A stretch of DNA of 64,000 bases from Nitrospirota bacterium (GCA_963703955.1 CAVPGK010000023.1:64001-128000), one strand, 5' to 3'; positions 22,323 through 32,890 are shown, numbered from the stretch's first letter. Numbers and translations are program-made. The notes: generated from the letters alone by a model not told the origin.

Positions 22323-23675
22323 ATGCTGCAAGATTCACGCGTGCTGATCGTCGATGACGACAATGAAACCCTAGAGCTGCTCCGTGAGATCGTCAGCAAG
22401 GAAGGCTACCTGGTCGAATCGGCGGAAAACGCCCAGACCGCGCTCAACAAGGTCGCTCATGAGAAACCGGATGTGGTGATCACAGACCTTCATATGCCGG
22501 GGATGGACGGTCTGGCCTTGCTCGCCGAGCTCAAGATCCGCTCTCCAGAAACCCTGGTCATTTTGCTGACCGCCTATGGGTCGTTGAAGACCACGGTCGA
22601 CGGGATCAAGGCCGGGGCCTTTGATTACCTGAGCAAGCCGTTTATTGTGGATGAAATTCGGCTGGTGGTTCGGCGCGCGCTGGAGCACAAGCAGGTTCTG
22701 TCTGAAAACCAAGCCTTAAAGGAGCAGCTTCGTGACCGGTACCGCTTCGATAATATCGTAGGGAGCAGCGCCGCCATGGTCTCCGTCTACAAACTGATCG
22801 CTCGGGTGGCCCAGACGGACAGCACGGTGCTGCTTCAGGGTGAGAGCGGAACAGGAAAGGAATTGGTTGCCCGCGCCATCCACTCGAACAGCGACCGCAG
22901 TTCCGGCCCCTTCGTGACCGTCGACAGCGGCGCGTTGACCGAGACCCTGCTCGAATCCGAATTGTTCGGCCACGAGCGCGGCTCGTTCACCGGGGCGGTG
23001 GCGACCAAAAAGGGGCTGCTGGAAAAGGCCCACCTCGGCACATGCTTCTTTGATGAGATGGCGAACATCTCCCCGGCCCTTCAAAGCAAATTGCTTCGTG
23101 TTCTGCAGGAACGAGAGGTCAGGCGGGTCGGAGGAGGAGCTCCCATGACAGTGGATGTCCGAATGATTGCAGCCTCCAACAAGGACTTGAAACCCCTCGT
23201 GGATGCCGGAACATTTCGCGAGGACTTGTACTACAGACTGAACGTCGTGACGATCAATATTCCGCCGCTCCGGGAGCGACCTGAGGATATTCCGGTACTT
23301 GCCCAGTTCTTCGTACAAAAATATGGAGCCGCGAAAGAGAAACCAGTGACCGGCATCTCACCCGATGCTATGGGGTTGCTCACCAAATACCATTGGCCAG
23401 GCAACGTGCGCGAACTGGAGCACGTCATTGAACGCGCGATCGTTCTGACTCCCCATCCGGCGATCCTCCCTCACGATCTTCCCGAATCCATCCGGTCCGC
23501 CGCCCCCCAAGCGACCGCGCAGGGCAGCGGGTGGACGACGCTGGATTCCTTGGAACGCGACTATATCCTTCGAGTCCTCGATGCAAACCAACGAGACATC
23601 GGACGCGCCTCGGACATCTTGGGCATTCATCGAAAAACGCTTTTGCGCAAGCTCAGGCGGTACGGGGTGGCATAA
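22323..23675 (+). CDS. Sigma-54-dependent response regulator (NtrC/AtoC family)
   Basis: Receiver domain (VDDD, DLHMP, KPF); GESGTGKE, ESELFGHERGSFTGA, FREDLYYRL, WPGNVREL; Fis-type HTH LGIHRKTLLRKL. Confidence 0.95.
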   Translation: MLQDSRVLIVDDDNETLELLREIVSKEGYLVESAENAQTALNKVAHEKPDVVITDLHMPGMDGLALLAELKIRSPETLVILLTAYGSLKTTVDGIKAGAFDYLSKPFIVDEIRLVVRRALEHKQVLSENQALKEQLRDRYRFDNIVGSSAAMVSVYKLIARVAQTDSTVLLQGESGTGKELVARAIHSNSDRSSGPFVTVDSGALTETLLESELFGHERGSFTGAVATKKGLLEKAHLGTCFFDEMANISPALQSKLLRVLQEREVRRVGGGAPMTVDVRMIAASNKDLKPLVDAGTFREDLYYRLNVVTINIPPLRERPEDIPVLAQFFVQKYGAAKEKPVTGISPDAMGLLTKYHWPGNVRELEHVIERAIVLTPHPAILPHDLPESIRSAAPQATAQGSGWTTLDSLERDYILRVLDANQRDIGRASDILGIHRKTLLRKLRRYGVA

Positions 23676-23772
23676 CCCCTCGTTTTGTCGTTGGGTCGCC
23701 GTTAGTCCATTGCTCCGCTAGTCTGGGTACACGGACAAACGGGCTGAATCCATGCACCGGCTTCCTATTCGC

Positions 23773-23806
23773 GGGACGGAATGTCTCGAAGCGGACATTT
23801 TGTTCT
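23773..23806. promoter_or_regulatory. Putative tandem enhancer (UAS) palindromes for a sigma-54 activator
   Basis: GGGACGGAATGTCTC and CGGACATTTTGTTCT (GGACA-N3-TGTCC-like) about 200 bp upstream of the -24 element at 23974. Confidence 0.45.
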
Positions 23807-23970
23807 AAGCCAGAATTCGTATGTAGGGCTTGGGGATCGCCACGCGTTGCCATTGCGACGGTCGAGCGGCCTGGCCATGATGTCCCGCTCTTCGAAAGGA
23901 GTATCCCACATTCATTTTTGTATCTCATTGAGAATGCTCTAGCCTCGACTTGACACCCCTCCCATCTAGA

Positions 23971-23988
23971 CACGGCCTGTGCTTTGCA
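23971..23988 (+). promoter_or_regulatory. Putative sigma-54 -24/-12 promoter of the GT4-MFS-BON-MFS cluster
   Basis: CACGGCCTGTGCTTTGCA: GG(23974-75)-N10-GC with TTGCA, about 63 bp upstream of ATG 24051. Confidence 0.6.
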
Positions 23989-24050
23989 CTGCGTGGCGGT
24001 GGCTACAAGCAAGAACTGGTTATCTTTACGCGCGAAAAGGAGTCAGCTTG

Positions 24051-25150
24051 ATGAAAATCGCTCAGATTTCACCGCTTTGGGAGAGCGTTCCACCTAAACT
24101 TTACGGCGGAACCGAACGAATCGTCTCTTATTTGACTGAGGAACTCGTACGACTCGGACATGATGTCACCCTGTTTGCCAGCGGTGATTCGATCACATCG
24201 GCGCGACTGGTGGCAGCAAGTCCCGAAGCGCTTCGTCTCTGCACCGGTATTTTCAATCGGGATGCCCCGTTGGTCACCTTGATCGAAAAGGCCTTCGGCT
24301 CCTCGGACGAGTTTGATATTCTGCACTCACATCTGGATTTCATCGGTTTCCCTGTGGCGCGCCGATGCACCGCTCCCGTCATTACCACCTTGCACGGTCG
24401 TCTGGACCTGGCTCAGAACTCGAACCGGTTTTCCGCGAGTTCGCCGAAATGCCCCTGGTGTCGATTTCTAACGCTCAGCGGAAGCCGCTCCCGTTCGCCA
24501 ACTGGCAAGCCACCGTCCATCATGGACTCCCGCGGGACCTCTATGCATTTCACCCGGCGCCCGGCAAGTATTTGGCCTTTCTCGGGCGTATTTCCCCGGA
24601 GAAGCGCCCTGATCACGCTATCGAAATTGCCAAGCGGACCGGAATCCCTCTTCGGATCGCGGCGAAGGTAGACCCGGCTGACCGGAACTACTTCGAAGCC
24701 GAGATCGAACCACTCATGTCTCACCCCCTAGTGGAATTCGTCGGGGAGATCACCGATGAGGAAAAGAACGATTTTCTCGGCGAAGCCTACGCCATGGTAG
24801 CGCCTTACGATTGGCCGGAACCGTTCGGCCTCGTGCTGATTGAGGCGTTGGCTTGCGGAACTCCAGTCCTGGCATACCGGCGAGGATCGATCCCGGAAAT
24901 CCTCGACAATGGTCGCACGGGATTGGTCTGCGAAACTCTCGACGAGATGATCACGGCCGTTACCCAGATCCCGACCATCAAGCGAGCGGACTGCCGGCAA
25001 TCCTTTGAGGATCGGTTTAGCGTGGAGCGGATGGCTCTGGATTACATGAATGTCTATCGCCAACTTATTGGTGATCCCCACGAAGAAGCTAGAGTGTCTG
25101 AGTCCGAGAATGAATTGGCTGGCTCCAAGACGATCTTGGGCCGCTGGTAA
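24051..25150 (+). CDS. Glycosyltransferase family 4; frameshift near 24412
   Basis: MKIAQISPLWESVPPKLYGGTERIV, GHDVTLFASGDS, FLGRISPEKRP and WPEPFGLVLIEALACGTPV motifs; AAGGAG RBS. Confidence 0.9.
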
Positions 25151-25197
25151 CTGTCTTTACTCTTTCTTTCCTCTTGTTATGATCAAAGGAGTACAGG

Positions 25198-26499
25198 GTG
25201 GCTGACGAAAAGGATGGACAAGTGGACTCGGACGACACGTCCGGGTCGGCTCGAGATGGCTGGGCCTTACTCAAGTCACGGGATTTTGGGTTGCTGTGGT
25301 GGGGGCAGGTGACCTCTCAGGTCGGTGACGGGCTGAACAAAGTCGCACTTCTTTGGTTCGTCTACAATCTCACCGGCTCAGCACTAAAGATGACGGTGAT
25401 CGGGTTGCTCCAAACGCTTCCACCGCTGCTCCTCGGTCCGATCATCGGTGTCTTTCTGGACAGACTTCCGAAGAAGCCTGTCATGGTGTGGGTTGACCTA
25501 GCTCGCACCGTCTTAGTCTTACTGATCCCGCTCCTCCATGCATTTGACGCGTTGACGCTGGAGCGGTTATACGTTCTGGTGTTCTTGCTTGCCATCGTGT
25601 CGACGATCTTCGGTCCCGCGTTGGCTTCGTCGGTTCCTCTCATCGCGCCTCGCTCCCGACTCGTGTCAGCCAATGCTCTGATTCAGACGACGACAAATAT
25701 TGGCCTATTGGTGGGACCCGCGATCAGCGGTTTAGGGATTGCCATGATCGGAGCCCAAAACGTGCTGTACGTCAATGCGGTCACTTTCTTTGTTTCGGCC
25801 CTCTGCTTGATGCCGATTCGGGTCTCTCAACACGAGACGCCGCGGCCCGCCGTTCATGCGCCGTCGTCGCTGACCCATGAGATGTTGGAAGGATTTCGTT
25901 TCGTCTTCCTCCAGCACCGCACGGTGTTCGTGCTCATGATTGCGGCGACCTTGTACAGCTTGGCCGTCAGCGCCTTTGTGTTCATGTTGCCGGTCCTTGC
26001 CAAGGAATTGAGTATGGGACCGATTCAACTCGGCGGACTGTGGTCTGCTCTCGGAGTCGGCATGTTGACCGCATCGGCGTGGCTCGCCTGGCTCAAGCAG
26101 GGTGACCTTAATGACCGGCTCAAGATCATTTCCCGGTCGATGGCCGTAGGAGGGGTGTCCGTCTGCAGCCTCGGCCTGCTGGGCACGCCGCTGATGGCGA
26201 TAGCCCTGATCATCGTGATTGGGGGAAGCACCGCGCTGTTCACGCCTGTCGTCTGGGCCATCCTTCAGGAAATGACCCCAAGTCATCTGCTGGCTCGCGT
26301 GTTGACCACCTTCAGCACGAGCGGGATGTTCTCCGCCATGATCGGCATGACCGGTTTTGGATGGGCGGCCGACACCATCGGCCCGGCTGCCAGTCTGATT
26401 GGTATCGGGTTGGTTCTGCTTGCAACCGCCGTCGTGGCTGCGCAGTTCAGCCGGTGGTGTGGAAGGTCGGCAGTCCCAAGTGCCGTTCCCGCAGTTTGA
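25198..26499 (+). CDS. MFS transporter (DHA3/EntS-like)
   Basis: About 12 TMs; RDFGLLWWGQVTSQVGD and GVFLDRLPKK motif A. Confidence 0.9.
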   Translation: MADEKDGQVDSDDTSGSARDGWALLKSRDFGLLWWGQVTSQVGDGLNKVALLWFVYNLTGSALKMTVIGLLQTLPPLLLGPIIGVFLDRLPKKPVMVWVDLARTVLVLLIPLLHAFDALTLERLYVLVFLLAIVSTIFGPALASSVPLIAPRSRLVSANALIQTTTNIGLLVGPAISGLGIAMIGAQNVLYVNAVTFFVSALCLMPIRVSQHETPRPAVHAPSSLTHEMLEGFRFVFLQHRTVFVLMIAATLYSLAVSAFVFMLPVLAKELSMGPIQLGGLWSALGVGMLTASAWLAWLKQGDLNDRLKIISRSMAVGGVSVCSLGLLGTPLMAIALIIVIGGSTALFTPVVWAILQEMTPSHLLARVLTTFSTSGMFSAMIGMTGFGWAADTIGPAASLIGIGLVLLATAVVAAQFSRWCGRSAVPSAVPAV

Positions 26500-26617
26500 T
26501 CAGGAGCGATTGTTTCTCACAAACTCTTCTACTTGGCCGGCCTGAGGTGGGTACGGCCCGGTGACCGTCCCCTGACAGCACTCCCTCGGCATCGGCCGCG
26601 CACCAAGGAGGCGACAG

Positions 26618-27500
26618 ATGACGAGGGCTCCCTCGACGATATCTGGATGGGTCATACCGCTACTGTGCGTGATCTTGGCCACTGGAACCGTCTCCGGGTC
26701 TGAGGAGTCCGGTTCTAAGCCGCAGGAACCGAAGGCCCAAGCCCCCGCATCGACTCCTCCATCAGCCCCAAAGGCTCAGGACATAAAGCCTGCGGACTCT
26801 GGATCCAAACCAGCGGAATCGAAGAAAGAAGAACCGAAGGCGCAACCGCCGGTCCCGCCCCCACCTGCGGCTCAAAAAGCCCAAGAACCCAAGCCTGCAG
26901 AGTCCCCTCCGAAGACACCTGAACTGAAGAAAGACGAGCCAAAGGAGCCATCTCCTCAAATCACTACGCCTCCAAAGGCTCAAGAGCCGAAATCCGCGGA
27001 ATCTTCTGCTCCCTGCTCCACCTGCCCCCACCCCTGCTGCTCCGAAGCCGTCCATGCCCCCCATCCTCCCTATAAAACTGGCGCTGATGGCTGACCCACG
27101 ACTGTTCCCCTATGACATTCATGTAGAAATCAGCGGGGATGTCGCGGAATTGTCAGGAAAGGTCTCCAACGAGAGCGAGAAGGCCGCCGCCACGGAAATC
27201 GTCCAGGCGCTTGACGGAATCAAGTCCGTCACGAATAATATCGAAGTGGTGAAGGATCTCAATCGGACCTTGGCGAAGAAAAAAGATGAGATCATCACTC
27301 AGTACGTGAAAGATCGCTTCGGAAAGAGTAAAACGTTAGAAACCGCTCACTTCGATGTAAAATCAGAAGACGGCATCGTCTCGCTAGCCGGCAAGACCAA
27401 GTTTCTCGTGATTGTCTTGGAGGCGGTTGAGGCGGCCCGGAACGTTCCCGGAGTCAAGGCCGTGAAGACCGAGGGTGTTCACTTGGAGGGTACCGATTGA
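26618..27500 (+). CDS. Secreted Pro/Lys/Glu-rich protein with two C-terminal BON domains; frameshift(s) near 27020-27060
   Basis: Signal peptide, KAQEPKPAES-type repeats, then IKLALMADPRL...LSGKV...DGIKSVTNNIEV and GIVSLAG...NVPGVKAV; shift in C-runs. Confidence 0.8.
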
Positions 27501-27537
27501 TGATGAACCTGGCTTCACACACAGGGCGTGACCGGCG

Positions 27538-28842
27538 TTGAGAACTCCCCTTGAGTCTGCTGAAGCCAACCTGGAATGGCCGGGAGCGCACTGTTTTACG
27601 GTTAGCGATCAGCGACTGTTGCTGAGTCGCGATTTCGGTTTCGTATGGTGGGGACAGCTGATCTCGCAGATCGGCGATGGAATCACGAAGCTCGCGCTTC
27701 TCTGGTTTGTCTATTCCGTTACCGGCTCGCCCCTGAAAACCACCGTCATCGGCATGCTCCAGACCATCCCGCCGATTGTATTCGGTCCGTTGATCGGGGT
27801 CTACCTCGACCGCTTACCTAAAAAACCCGTATTGATCGGCACCGACATCTTACGAGCGGTGTTGATCGGTCTGATCCCCTGTTGGGTCCCTGCCGATGCG
27901 TTTACGGTTGAGCGGCTGTATGCGCTTGTCTTTCTCCACGCCCTGGCCACGGCGGTATTCGGTCCTGGCTTGACAGCGTCGATTCCCCATCTGGTCAAAC
28001 GCTCGCAATTCACGGCGGCGAATGCGTGGCTTCAGAGCACCACGAGTCTGGGCGTCATCGTGGGTCCGGTCTTGAGCGGTTTCGGCATCGCAGCGCTCAG
28101 CTCGCAAGAGGTGCTGTGCATCAACGCGCTGACGTACCTGGTCTCAGCGGCATGTCTGGTGCCCGTTCATTTCGCTGCTGTGGCGCAGCCGGCGCGCGGC
28201 GACTCCACCGCTCCACGCTCGACGCTGCAAGATTTGATCGAAGGGTTCCGTTTCGCCAAGCAGCCGATGATCCTTCTGTTAATCGTGACCGCCGCTTTGT
28301 ACTCCTTCGGTACCAGCGCGTTTTCCACGCTCTTTCCGGTCTTCGGGAGAAAGATGCTGGATTTGGGACCGATCGAAGTCGGGTACCTGTGGTCGGCATT
28401 GGGGGTGGGTCTGCTTCTCATGTCGATGGGGCTCATTCGACTGACCGAATGGGATTTATGGAAGCGGATCCAGGTGATTGCCGTCTCCAGCGCCGTCAGC
28501 GGAGCAGCGTTGTTCGCGCTGGCAGGCGCGCCTGATCAGATCATTGCCACGTTCTGCATGATCGTGATCGGCGGGGGCCTGGGCGTCTTTACCCCGATCG
28601 CGTGGGGTGTCTTACAGGAAATCTCGCCGGACCACCTCGTTGCACGGATCCTGACCATTTATGGGACCGGAGCCATGTCGGCAGCGATCGCCGGTATGAC
28701 GATCTTCGGGTGGGTGACGCAGCAATTCGATGAACGCACCAGCGTCGTCGGCATCGGGGTAGTCCTGCTTGTCACAGCCATTGTGGCGATCGGGTTCAGC
28801 CGATGGACTCGGATCCCACGAACCGGGACACTCAGTCCATAG
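27538..28842 (+). CDS. MFS transporter, paralogue of 25198-26499
   Basis: RDFGFVWWGQLISQIGD and GVYLDRLPKK; about 12 TMs. Confidence 0.9.
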   Translation: MRTPLESAEANLEWPGAHCFTVSDQRLLLSRDFGFVWWGQLISQIGDGITKLALLWFVYSVTGSPLKTTVIGMLQTIPPIVFGPLIGVYLDRLPKKPVLIGTDILRAVLIGLIPCWVPADAFTVERLYALVFLHALATAVFGPGLTASIPHLVKRSQFTAANAWLQSTTSLGVIVGPVLSGFGIAALSSQEVLCINALTYLVSAACLVPVHFAAVAQPARGDSTAPRSTLQDLIEGFRFAKQPMILLLIVTAALYSFGTSAFSTLFPVFGRKMLDLGPIEVGYLWSALGVGLLLMSMGLIRLTEWDLWKRIQVIAVSSAVSGAALFALAGAPDQIIATFCMIVIGGGLGVFTPIAWGVLQEISPDHLVARILTIYGTGAMSAAIAGMTIFGWVTQQFDERTSVVGIGVVLLVTAIVAIGFSRWTRIPRTGTLSP

Positions 28843-29014
28843 AGAAAAAGCTGTCCGCTTCCCAACTTCTTACCAACGTTCACTTTTCCTCATTGTCCGA
28901 CAAACAAAACGTTCCTGCGTTGGGACTTCTCATTCCAGCGTCCTGCCGTAAAGAAAATCCGGCTATCTCATTGAAGAAGAATCATTCATGCATTCCTGGT
29001 TGACTACCGCCATT

Positions 29015-29032
29015 CACGGCCCGTGTATTGCT
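29015..29032 (+). promoter_or_regulatory. Putative sigma-54 -24/-12 promoter upstream of the CsbD gene
   Basis: CACGGCCCGTGTATTGCT: GG(29018-19)-N10-GC, sharing CACGGCC and TTGC with the 23971 site; GGGACACTCAGTCCA at 28825. Confidence 0.6.
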
Positions 29033-29174
29033 TTGTCCTTCCTTGAAAAGAGATTCCGTCAAGGAATCGACTTCACTGGCCGGAGAAAGAAAGCCCCGGC
29101 TCATCATCCGAACGGGCAACGAGAGAGCGATCGTGCGTTCACTCGCTGCACCAAATCTAAGAAGGAGGAAAGCA

Positions 29175-29399
29175 ATGAATCAGGATCAATTCAAAGGCCG
29201 CTGGAATCAGTTTAAAGGTGAGCTGAAGAAGAAATGGGGAGAATTGACAGACGATGATCTCCTCCAGATCGAGGGGAACTACGACAAGTTCATGGGCACG
29301 GTTCAGAAACGTTACGGCGATCGTAAAGAGGAAGTGAGTATGTGGGCAGACCAGTGGTTTCAGACCGATCAACCCGCCGGAACCCGAACGGGGGTCTGA
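29175..29399 (+). CDS. csbD: CsbD/YjbJ family general stress protein
   Basis: MNQDQFKGRWNQFKGELKKKWGELTDDDL...G..QKRYG; AAGGAGG RBS. Confidence 0.92.
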   Translation: MNQDQFKGRWNQFKGELKKKWGELTDDDLLQIEGNYDKFMGTVQKRYGDRKEEVSMWADQWFQTDQPAGTRTGV

Positions 29400-29484
29400 C
29401 AGGAACCGCATCGGGTGAAGGAGAAGTAGCGCGCGGCTGGCTTCTCATCAGCATTTCACCAGTGTTACTTGGAAGGAGCACTCC

Positions 29485-29760
29485 ATGAAAAGGACAATTC
29501 GTTTGATCGCAATGGCGGCCATGTTCACGTTCGGTGTCCCCGCTGTGTTTGCGGCTGACCAGGGCATGCAAGGGCAGAGTGAGAAAAGAAAACGGATAAG
29601 CAGCACCAAAAGACTCCCGGCACCGGGCCTATGGGAGAAGTAGAGAAAGGGGGGATCGGGACCAAGTGGTCCCCAGACCAATGCTCCTGGAAAGTCACCT
29701 GGATTCGAAGGAGCGGCTGATAAGAAGCCTGGTCAAAGCCCAACGAGCGGTGGACACTAG
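29485..29760 (+). CDS. Small secreted, disordered Gly/Pro/Lys-rich protein (probably two homopolymer frameshifts)
   Basis: AAGGAG RBS; signal peptide MKRTIRLIAMAAMFTFGVPAVFA. As written it stops at 29643; correcting the A-run (~29585) and G-run (~29650) gives a low-complexity tail ending in TAG at 29760. Confidence 0.5.
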
Positions 29761-29822
29761 CCTGTCGATGGGAAAGGCCGCGGATCAAGTCAGCCGTTCT
29801 TCGCTGACTTGATCCGCGAAGC

Positions 29823-31265
29823 CTATCTCGCGTGAGAGAGCGCACCCGCGGAATTAGCAAGGGTCCCCAACGAAGTGCGACCCAGAGAGGCAGCTCGCAG
29901 GCGAGTCAACTGTTCACGCATCTTTGCAGTCCATTCATGGGTATCGGGTGTGGATTCGGGATTGCGTAAGTACGATTCCCAGACAGTAACCGCCTCATCC
30001 GACAATCCTTTCGCTTCCAAAGCCATTCCTAGATTGTAGACCGCCGCAGCAAGATCGGGTTGCGAGGCTACCGCCCGGCGAAATGCTCCGATGGCTTCAT
30101 CAAGCTGACCCATTTTCCACAACAGATTACCCAGATTATTGTGCGCGCGCCCGAACTGAGGGTTCTCGCCCACGGCAGCTCGGTACGATTCCACCGCCCG
30201 ATCCCGACGGCCAAGACGTTCCCAGGCATCTCCGATATCGCTCAACAAGACCGCATCGTGTGGTGTCTGTTCTAGCGCTTTCGAATAGGCCTCTACTGCG
30301 TCATTCCAGCGTTCCATCGCAGCATAGGCTTGGCCAAGACTCTTCGTGATCCACGTCGCCTCCGGTCTCAAGGCGACCGCCGTTTCGTATTGTTGGACGG
30401 CGAGGCGGAGGAGGTCGGCATCATGTTGAAACACCATGGCAATGGTATACAAGAAATGCCCAGTCGCGAAGGATCGGTCTGCTTCGGGCTCGACACCATG
30501 GGGACTCTTGAACCCGGATCGGAAAAGGGATGGGCGCGCCACCAGATGCTGCGAATCCAACCATTGACGGATGACCGGCGCCGGAATGGAATATCCGATC
30601 CCCGATCTCATCGTGACGCTCGCGATCGACGCGCCGGTACGGTCCCTCGCTCGCTCCAAGTACGGAACGGTGGTCACGACCATTCCGACCACTTCTCCTG
30701 TTTCGGTATCGACGAGCGGCCCTCCGCTGTTGCCGAAATTCAAGATACCGGTCGTTTGCACGAATCCCGCCACCCCGCCCTTCGTGCGCGATCGCCCCTG
30801 AGCCAGACCGCCGACCAGACCTGTTCCAACCGTGGCGTGAAGCGCGAACCCCATTTCCAAGATGTCGGTGATGCGCGGATATCCTACGGCGATGACGTCG
30901 GTGCCCTCAGAGGGCATTTCGGTGGCGAGCGCTAAGGTCTCAATATTCGCCTGTTTTACGCGCAGGGCCGCCAAATCTAAATCGGGATCAACAGCAACGA
31001 TTTCCGGCGCCGAATGGATGGCTTGATCCTGGACATAGAGATAAAGACGCGTGCTATCTTCGATCACGTGCGCATTCGTCACGAGAAGCCCGTGGCCATT
31101 GATAAAAAACCCGCTGCCCATTGAGACGGTACGCGTCGAATCATTGATGGCCACGATCAAAGCTGTCGCAGCCTTGGCATGGCGGAAAAGATCGGCCCGT
31201 TGGGAGGCATGAGCCGGGACTCCGATGAGGCAGGATAGTAAGGCCGCGATAATCCAGTAAAACAT
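29823..31265 (-). CDS. Secreted trypsin-like serine protease with C-terminal TPRs
   Basis: GSGFF, TNAHV (His), DLAAL (Asp), GNSGGPL (Ser); TPRs AHNNLGNLL and AVYNLGMAL. Confidence 0.9.
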   Translation of the reverse strand: MFYWIIAALLSCLIGVPAHASQRADLFRHAKAATALIVAINDSTRTVSMGSGFFINGHGLLVTNAHVIEDSTRLYLYVQDQAIHSAPEIVAVDPDLDLAALRVKQANIETLALATEMPSEGTDVIAVGYPRITDILEMGFALHATVGTGLVGGLAQGRSRTKGGVAGFVQTTGILNFGNSGGPLVDTETGEVVGMVVTTVPYLERARDRTGASIASVTMRSGIGYSIPAPVIRQWLDSQHLVARPSLFRSGFKSPHGVEPEADRSFATGHFLYTIAMVFQHDADLLRLAVQQYETAVALRPEATWITKSLGQAYAAMERWNDAVEAYSKALEQTPHDAVLLSDIGDAWERLGRRDRAVESYRAAVGENPQFGRAHNNLGNLLWKMGQLDEAIGAFRRAVASQPDLAAAVYNLGMALEAKGLSDEAVTVWESYLRNPESTPDTHEWTAKMREQLTRLRAASLGRTSLGTLANSAGALSHAR

Positions 31266-31423
31266 AGGTTGACTAGGAGTGTAGCAAAAGGTGTAATAAT
31301 GGCAAGGTACAAAGAGTAGGATAGTCTGACCTGCGCCGAAATTGTCGTCTATAATGGGTATCCCGTTACTGTCCACGAAGACGGCTGTCAATAGCGGTCG
31401 CCCTCAATATGGGAGGCCCTGAG

Positions 31424-32890
31424 ATGAAACAGACTTTTCGCACCACATCTCTCATCATTGCACTTATCAGTCTTAGTGGTCTTACTAAACTTTCCGTCGC
31501 TGCTGAGATCGATGCGAGCAAGTCGACTCCTCAGACCCAAGCGGCAAAGGATCCGCCCAATTCAGCAGGCGAGACAAGAAAAGAAATTCGAGAAAACGAA
31601 GACTCTTCAAACAAGCTGGACGCGCTGAAACTGGATCGAGATCTCCTTCAAAGCAAAGTCGATGACCTCCAGCGCCAACTTGAAAGCGCCCAGCAGGACC
31701 TCGCGAGCGGCAAGAAAACACTCGCTGACGTGAATGCCCGTGTGGCCGCGTTGGAAAAGGAAAAGGGCCAAATTGCGGCCGCGCTGACTGAGGCGCGTGA
31801 TCAGGCCCGAGATTCGGCCACCAAGCTGGCAGCCGAGCAGGTGAAGGCGGCCACGCTGAGAGAGGATAAGCAGCGCCTGATGAGCGGCACCACGACCGCG
31901 AAGGAGGAAATCGCCCGGTTGCAGAAACGGGCCGGGGAACTCGAAACGGAGGCCGCGCGGGCGGATGATCTCAACAAGCGGCTGGCGGAGCGTGATCAAG
32001 AAATCGAGCGTCTGCGTAAGGCTGCGGCGGACCGTGAGACCTTGGCCGGCAAGGTTGCCGGGCTGACGGAGAAGCTGGAACGCGCCAAGCAACGCGTGGC
32101 GGCGCTTACCGAAGAATTGGCGGCTCGCACCGAGGAGGTCGCGCACGCGCGTCAGGAGCGTGACCAACTGGCACAAGAGGCGCGCCGCCAGCAGGGCACC
32201 AAAGAGGAGACGCCCATCGTTTCGACGGCCCCATCGGGACGTGCCGAGGCCGCTCTCTCCGTCGAACGTGACGCGTCAGCGGACAAGTCCGCACGAGAAC
32301 GGGTTAAGCCGGAAGCCACGCTCGCTCAGGCGGAAGAACGACGCTCGTCCGAAGAGGCGAAGCCGTCGGCAAATGGACAGGAGCCTAAGCCAGCGACGAA
32401 GGAAGCGAAAGACGCGAAGGAACCGGGTCAACGCTTAGCGGCCGCGCATGCTACGTTGGCCAAGTCCTTCGAGGCCGACATCGCCAAGGGCGATCTCACT
32501 GTCCACAATGCACCGTACCGGCTGACGATCACGATGGCGGATCGTGCGCTCTTTGAGCCGGGGGTCGGCCAGATCAAGCCTGAGGGCGTGAAGTTGCTCA
32601 AGAAAGTCAGCGACGTGTTGAAAACGTTGCCCGATAAGCAGGTCAGGATCGAAAGCCATCCCAATGAGCCGCCTGGGACGGCACAACCGAAAGATAAAGG
32701 TCCCGGCAACTGGGAATTGTCGATGGCGCGCACGGCCCATCTTGTCCAACACCTGCTTGATGAAGGCGCCGTGGACTCGAGCAATCTCTCCGTTGGTGTT
32801 TCATCTGACGTGCCGGGCTCCGGGAATAATACGGAAGAAGGCCGCCAAGTCGCGCGTCAAACGGAAATCATCCTCTCTCTAAAGAATTGA
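31424..32890 (+). CDS. Secreted coiled-coil protein with degenerate OmpA/MotB-like C-terminal domain
   Basis: GGAGG RBS, signal peptide, long heptad region, LFEPG...LKKVSDVLK...NWELSMAR...NNTEEGR. Confidence 0.75.
   Translation: MKQTFRTTSLIIALISLSGLTKLSVAAEIDASKSTPQTQAAKDPPNSAGETRKEIRENEDSSNKLDALKLDRDLLQSKVDDLQRQLESAQQDLASGKKTLADVNARVAALEKEKGQIAAALTEARDQARDSATKLAAEQVKAATLREDKQRLMSGTTTAKEEIARLQKRAGELETEAARADDLNKRLAERDQEIERLRKAAADRETLAGKVAGLTEKLERAKQRVAALTEELAARTEEVAHARQERDQLAQEARRQQGTKEETPIVSTAPSGRAEAALSVERDASADKSARERVKPEATLAQAEERRSSEEAKPSANGQEPKPATKEAKDAKEPGQRLAAAHATLAKSFEADIAKGDLTVHNAPYRLTITMADRALFEPGVGQIKPEGVKLLKKVSDVLKTLPDKQVRIESHPNEPPGTAQPKDKGPGNWELSMARTAHLVQHLLDEGAVDSSNLSVGVSSDVPGSGNNTEEGRQVARQTEIILSLKN

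Noticed and set aside
22960..23000. GSFTGA instead of GAFTGA as a sign of sigma-54 independence
   Set aside because: Ser at this position is a common variant and the key F and T residues are intact.
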